A stretch of DNA of 64,000 bases from Microthyrium microscopicum (taxonomy: Eukaryota): assembly GCA_010405405.1 (NCBI GenBank), contig MU004230.1, positions 3,831,119 through 3,895,118 of the forward strand, written 5' to 3'. Made by a program: the position numbers and the translations under genes. The notes below the pieces were generated by a model. It saw only the letters and a program-made list of their open reading frames with translations. It ran no database searches and had not been told where the DNA came from. The stretch's first letter is position 1, and the number at the start of each line of letters is the position of its first letter. Below are positions 59,501 to 64,000 of this stretch, in pieces.

Positions 59501-62500
59501 CTAAAAGACAATCTCTAATAAGCATCATCCCTAGAGCCTACTATATTTAATAATACTAAACTAGCTATTATTAAAATATTCCTCACCTTTATAATATATA
59601 ATTTTCATCCTTAAGAAGTAGCCACTATACTTATAGTAAGTAACTAATAAACTACCTCTAGTATCATATTCTCTCTAAAATAAGGCTACTACTTAAAAAT
59701 TAATATCCTTATAAATACTAGTAGTAGAATAATAAAAATTATTTACCCTAACTTTATTAAATAATATAGGATCCCTACTATTAATCTCTCTACTCCTTAA
59801 ATTATATAATTAGCTAATAATAAAGCTATTATAAAAGTTAATAAAGCCACTATAGTTAATATCTATTTAGGAGAATATATTAAACAAATTTACTACTTTA
59901 TTATAAACATTACTAGCTATAACCTTATCCTTAATAATCCTTAGATTAATCTCTATAAAGTTACTCTTAAAGAAGGTAAAAAGTAAATCTACTTTAACTT
60001 AGACTACTACCTTATATACTACTTACTAGTAGGCTACTTAATCTTAGTAAATTATAAAGGCTACTTAGTTAATCTAATAAACCCTTACTTTAAAAACGTT
60101 ACTATAATTAGTACTACTACCTTTATTAAGTTACTAGAATAAAGCTAGTAATTTAGCAAAATCTAGCCTAATAACTTTAAAAATAAAAAGGAAAAGAAAT
60201 CTCTAGATCTAGATCCTATACTAAAAAAAGACGTTACTATTAACTTAAGTAAAATCTTACCTAAGAATTTTAAAAAATAGTAAGAGAAATATAATAAGCC
60301 TCTTCTTTTATAAGAAAAGATTCTTAAATGCCTACTAAAGGAATATTATTATTATATAAACGTCTTTAACTTAAAATTAAGTAATAAACTTATACTATAC
60401 TATAACGAATAGAATTACTCTATTAATATTATCCTAGACGCTATAATCCCTAAACGCTACTATAATAGCTTAAGTTACTAAGAATCCTTTATCATTAAAT
60501 AATATATTAATTAGATACTTAGTTAAGATTAAGTTTAAGCTAGTAAGTTATATTACGCTATACTAATACTATACATATATAAACTAGAAGAAGAAATTTA
60601 AGTTTATATTAATTATTATAAACTTAATAAGATTATATAAAAAAATTATAACATCCTTTTATAGCTACTAGAAATACTTATCTATATCTATTACGTAAAA
60701 TACTTCTCTAAATTTAACGTTATTACTACCTTTATATATATCCATATTAAACCTAACAATAAATATAAAACTATATTCTTAACTTATTACGAGTTATATA
60801 AATTTAAAGTTATACTCTTTAGCCTTACTAAAGCTCTAAAAACCTTCTAAGCTTATCTTAACTATATTCTAATTAATTACCTAGATAACTTTATTATAGG
60901 CTATATAAATAATCTATTAGTCTTTAGTAATACTAAAGCTAGCTATACTACTTATATCTACCTAGTCCTAAAAGTAATAGATAAAGTAGGATTATACTTA
61001 AATATCTAGAAGTATAAATTTAATACTTAACGAATTAAATACCTTAGCCTAATTATTACTACTAAAGGCATTAAGATAGACTTAGAGAAGGTTTAAAGCG
61101 TAGTTAACTAGTAACGTCCCTTTTTAATAAAAGACGTTTAAGCTTTTCTTAGCTTTACTAACTTCTATTACTAATTTATTCTTAAATATTTAAAGACTAT
61201 AATACTACTAATAGTACTTATAAAGAAAGACGCTATAGTAATCTTTCTTTAAAACTCTAATAAACTAGAGGAACGTACGTTTAAGAAGCTAAAGTAAGAC
61301 TTTATATCTACTAAGATATTACGTTATTTTAACTATATAAAAGAAATATAGCTAAAGATAGACGCCTTAGATTAGGTCTATACTATAGTCCTCTCTTAAA
61401 AAAGTAATAATAAGAAGCTTTACCTAGTTACGTACCTCTTAAAGAAAATAACCCTAATAGAATATAATTATAATATTTATAATAAAGAGCTTCTAGCTAT
61501 TATCCACGTATTTAAAGAGTAAGAACTAGAGCTATTTAGCTCTATTAACTCTATTTAAGTATTCTCTAATTACTATAACTTTTAGACGTTTATAATAATA
61601 AAACGTCTCTCTTAATAATAAGCTAGATAAGTTAAGTTCCTCTCCTAGTTTTACTTTAAGATAAAGTACTACCTAGGTATAGCTAATAGAAAAGTAGATA
61701 CTCTTACCTATTAGTTATAAGATATTCTATAAAGTAATAATAATCCCTACGTTTCTTAATAAGTCTAACCTTTACTATTCCTATACTAATTTAATATAGA
61801 ACACGTAATAAAGCTAGCTATATTACTTATTAAACCTACTTGCTTCTTAATATTATACTTAGCTACTATTACTTAAGATAAGTTAGATATTTTTAATCCT
61901 AAGGGTAAGCTACTTAATCCTATAGGAGAGTCTCTTAATAATAACAAGACACCTAAAAGTAAGCTACTTAATCCCTTAAGAGATAACCTATCCCTAAATT
62001 TTAATAGCGACTAATTCCTATAGAATATTATAAATATAGCAAAGCATAATAAAATAATAATTACTATTTACTACGCTAAGACTAACTACTAGCTCTTCTT
62101 ACTCTTTAGTACTCTAAAATAAAAATAAATTAAGCTTAGAAACTACGTAGTAGCTACTAATAAGATAATTTTCTACTATAACTAGATCTTTATTCTTTAA
62201 GATAAGCTTTAGCGTTATACTATATAGAGCGCGTATAGTTATAAAGCTATAGGCTATAGCAGAGTAGTAATAACTTATTATTATCTATAAGAAGATTACT
62301 AGTAGCCTAAGATATTATAGGATATTAAAAGCTTTATTAAAGGCTATAAATGCGTATTTACTAAACCTATTTGCTAAAAGAAGTAAGGTTTTCTACGTTA
62401 ATTTCCTCTCCCTAAGTATACATAGTTAAATATCTCTATTAACTTCACTATCTTACTACCTCACTATTTATACTAAGGTATAATCTACTAATATATTATA

Positions 62501-64000
62501 GTAGTTATTAACTAATATATATAGACTTAGCGTTTTATTCCACTATTAGACCTATTTATAGACTTAATAATACTAGCCTTTATTAACTACGTATAGAAGC
62601 TTATTAACTAGCTATTAATAATTCTTTTAGATTATAGTAGCTAATTTACCTCTATATTTTAGAAGCGCTTATGTAAACGTATAAGCACTATACTTTGTCT
62701 TAGTATAGCCTTTTACCCTAAGACTAATAGTATAATAAAAATCTTAGTTACTATACTTAAGTAATTCCTACACGCGTTTATTAACTAGAATTAAAATAAC
62801 TAGGTAGCCCTTCTACTCTTTACTAAATTCGTAGTTAATTCTACTATAAATGCTACTATAAGAGTTATACCTTTTAAAGCTTAAAATAGATTTAACCCTT
62901 AATTAGGTCTTAAGTCCTTACATTACTTCTTAAAACCTATAAATACCTCTATAGCTACTAATAAGGAAGCTATTAATGTAGATATAATATAGATAAGTCG
63001 CGCTAAGATATATAATTACCTAATAGAGTAATTAATATAAGCATAAGCTTAGTAGGCAGAATATGCTAACTACTATTACTACGTAGCCTTAGACCTAATA
63101 CTAGGCAACTAGATTTACTTAAATATATAGAACTACTCTACTTTACGTCCTTTAAAGACTCTAGACAATAAGAATATAAGCCCTTTTTATATAATTAAGA
63201 AAATTAATACTATTACTTATAAACTTAATTTCCTCTCTTCTATAAAGATATATAATATCTTCTACGCCTAGGTCCTTTACTATATTATAGATAACGCTAA
63301 GCTACTTAAGTACGCTAATCTACTACTAGCGATTATTAAAGAAACTATAAATAATAATAAATAGTCTATTAATACTATTATTAATAGCTACTTCACTAGT
63401 TAATATAAGAAGCTATAATATAAGATTAAGTATACTAGTTATAATAAAGCTAAATAGTATAATTAAATAGCTGCTAAGAACGTACTAGAGCTTATTGCTA
63501 AGTTTTATACTTAATACCTTAGTAAGCTAAGTCTATACCCTACCTAGATATTACTAATACTAGAGCCTACTAGTAATAATATTAATTATAACTTTAATAG
63601 CGTTCCTACTAATTAGGAAAAGTAAATAATTATACTACTAATTTTCTTATATTAATAAGATTACTAACTACTAGACTACTAGAACTTAAGAACTAGAGTA
63701 TTCTAAGAATATCTTAGGGTTTATTAATGCTTCTTAATAGTTGCCTTAGTAGGCTAGAGGTTAAGATACTCTAAATAGCTAGTATAGTTAGTATTGTACT
63801 ATAGAAGAATTAAAATACTACTTATTACTAAAAGTTTATTAGACTAGACTAGACTAGACTAGACTAGACTAGACTAGACTAGATTAAAATAGAAGAAACT
63901 AAGAAAGTAGTTATAATTAGTAATCTATAGCCTAGAGAGCTATACTAAAGAGGAAGATTATATAATAATTCCTCTTTATAAGCTTTATAGCAATATTATA
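56534..64000 (+). mobile_element. Ty3/Gypsy chromovirus LTR retrotransposon, RIP-inactivated; 3' LTR runs off the window
   Basis: LTR starts at 56534 and 63961 match at 38/40 bases, with a purine tract before 63961. RIP-altered domains occur in Gypsy order: gag knuckle near 59142; protease L-I-N-T-S (D-T-G) near 59708; RT V-Y-I-N-Y-Y-K-L-N (CVDYRKLN) near 60602 and Y-I-N-N (YxDD) at 60902; RNase H DA and Y.IY.KELLAI at about 61360-61500; integrase ISINF and LS.AF.P.T at about 62430-62730; chromodomain-like segment at about 63360-63530. Confidence 0.92.
63841..63883. repeat. (AGACT)n pentanucleotide repeat in the retrotransposon 3' untranslated region
   Basis: Eight perfect AGACT units from 63841 plus a partial unit, about 80 bp before the 3' LTR. 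Confidence 0.95.

Larger units (their letters stand above)
50790..64000. other. AT-rich, RIP-type hypermutated block
   Basis: Abrupt loss of GC, very frequent TpA, scarce CpA/TpG and dense stop codons. The ORF track has only one short ORF in 13 kb. Confidence 0.92.

Overview
Eukaryotic DNA from a filamentous ascomycete, inferred from short GT-AG introns with CTRAY branch sites, Pezizomycotina gene families and a RIP-like signature. The two-compartment layout resembles Dothideomycete plant pathogens (inference). Positions 1 to about 50,780 are a GC-balanced gene-rich compartment. It holds a Git3/Gpr1-type GPCR, a secreted protein with glutamic-peptidase-G1-like motifs, a COG7-like gene, a PARP6/8-like plus UBE2Q-type E2 fusion, two tandem F-box-like/zinc-finger paralogs, a divergent CFEM-like secreted protein, palC and ATG3. 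It also holds three adjacent decaying genes (CorA-like, amidase, AsaB/CmcJ-like oxygenase), a cutinase, a large PPR-like gene head-to-head with mitoribosomal mL58/MRPL20, DUG1 and a TRI12-like MFS transporter. From about 50,790 to the end is a sharply bounded AT-rich RIP-type block. It contains apparent relics of intron-containing cellular-type genes (about 51.3-56.4 kb), a minisatellite and a near-complete degenerate Ty3/Gypsy chromovirus (56,534 to beyond 64,000). An orphan last exon of a host gene sits just left of the block. No rRNA, tRNA or CRISPR features were found. All family assignments come from motif recognition by eye; no database search was run.
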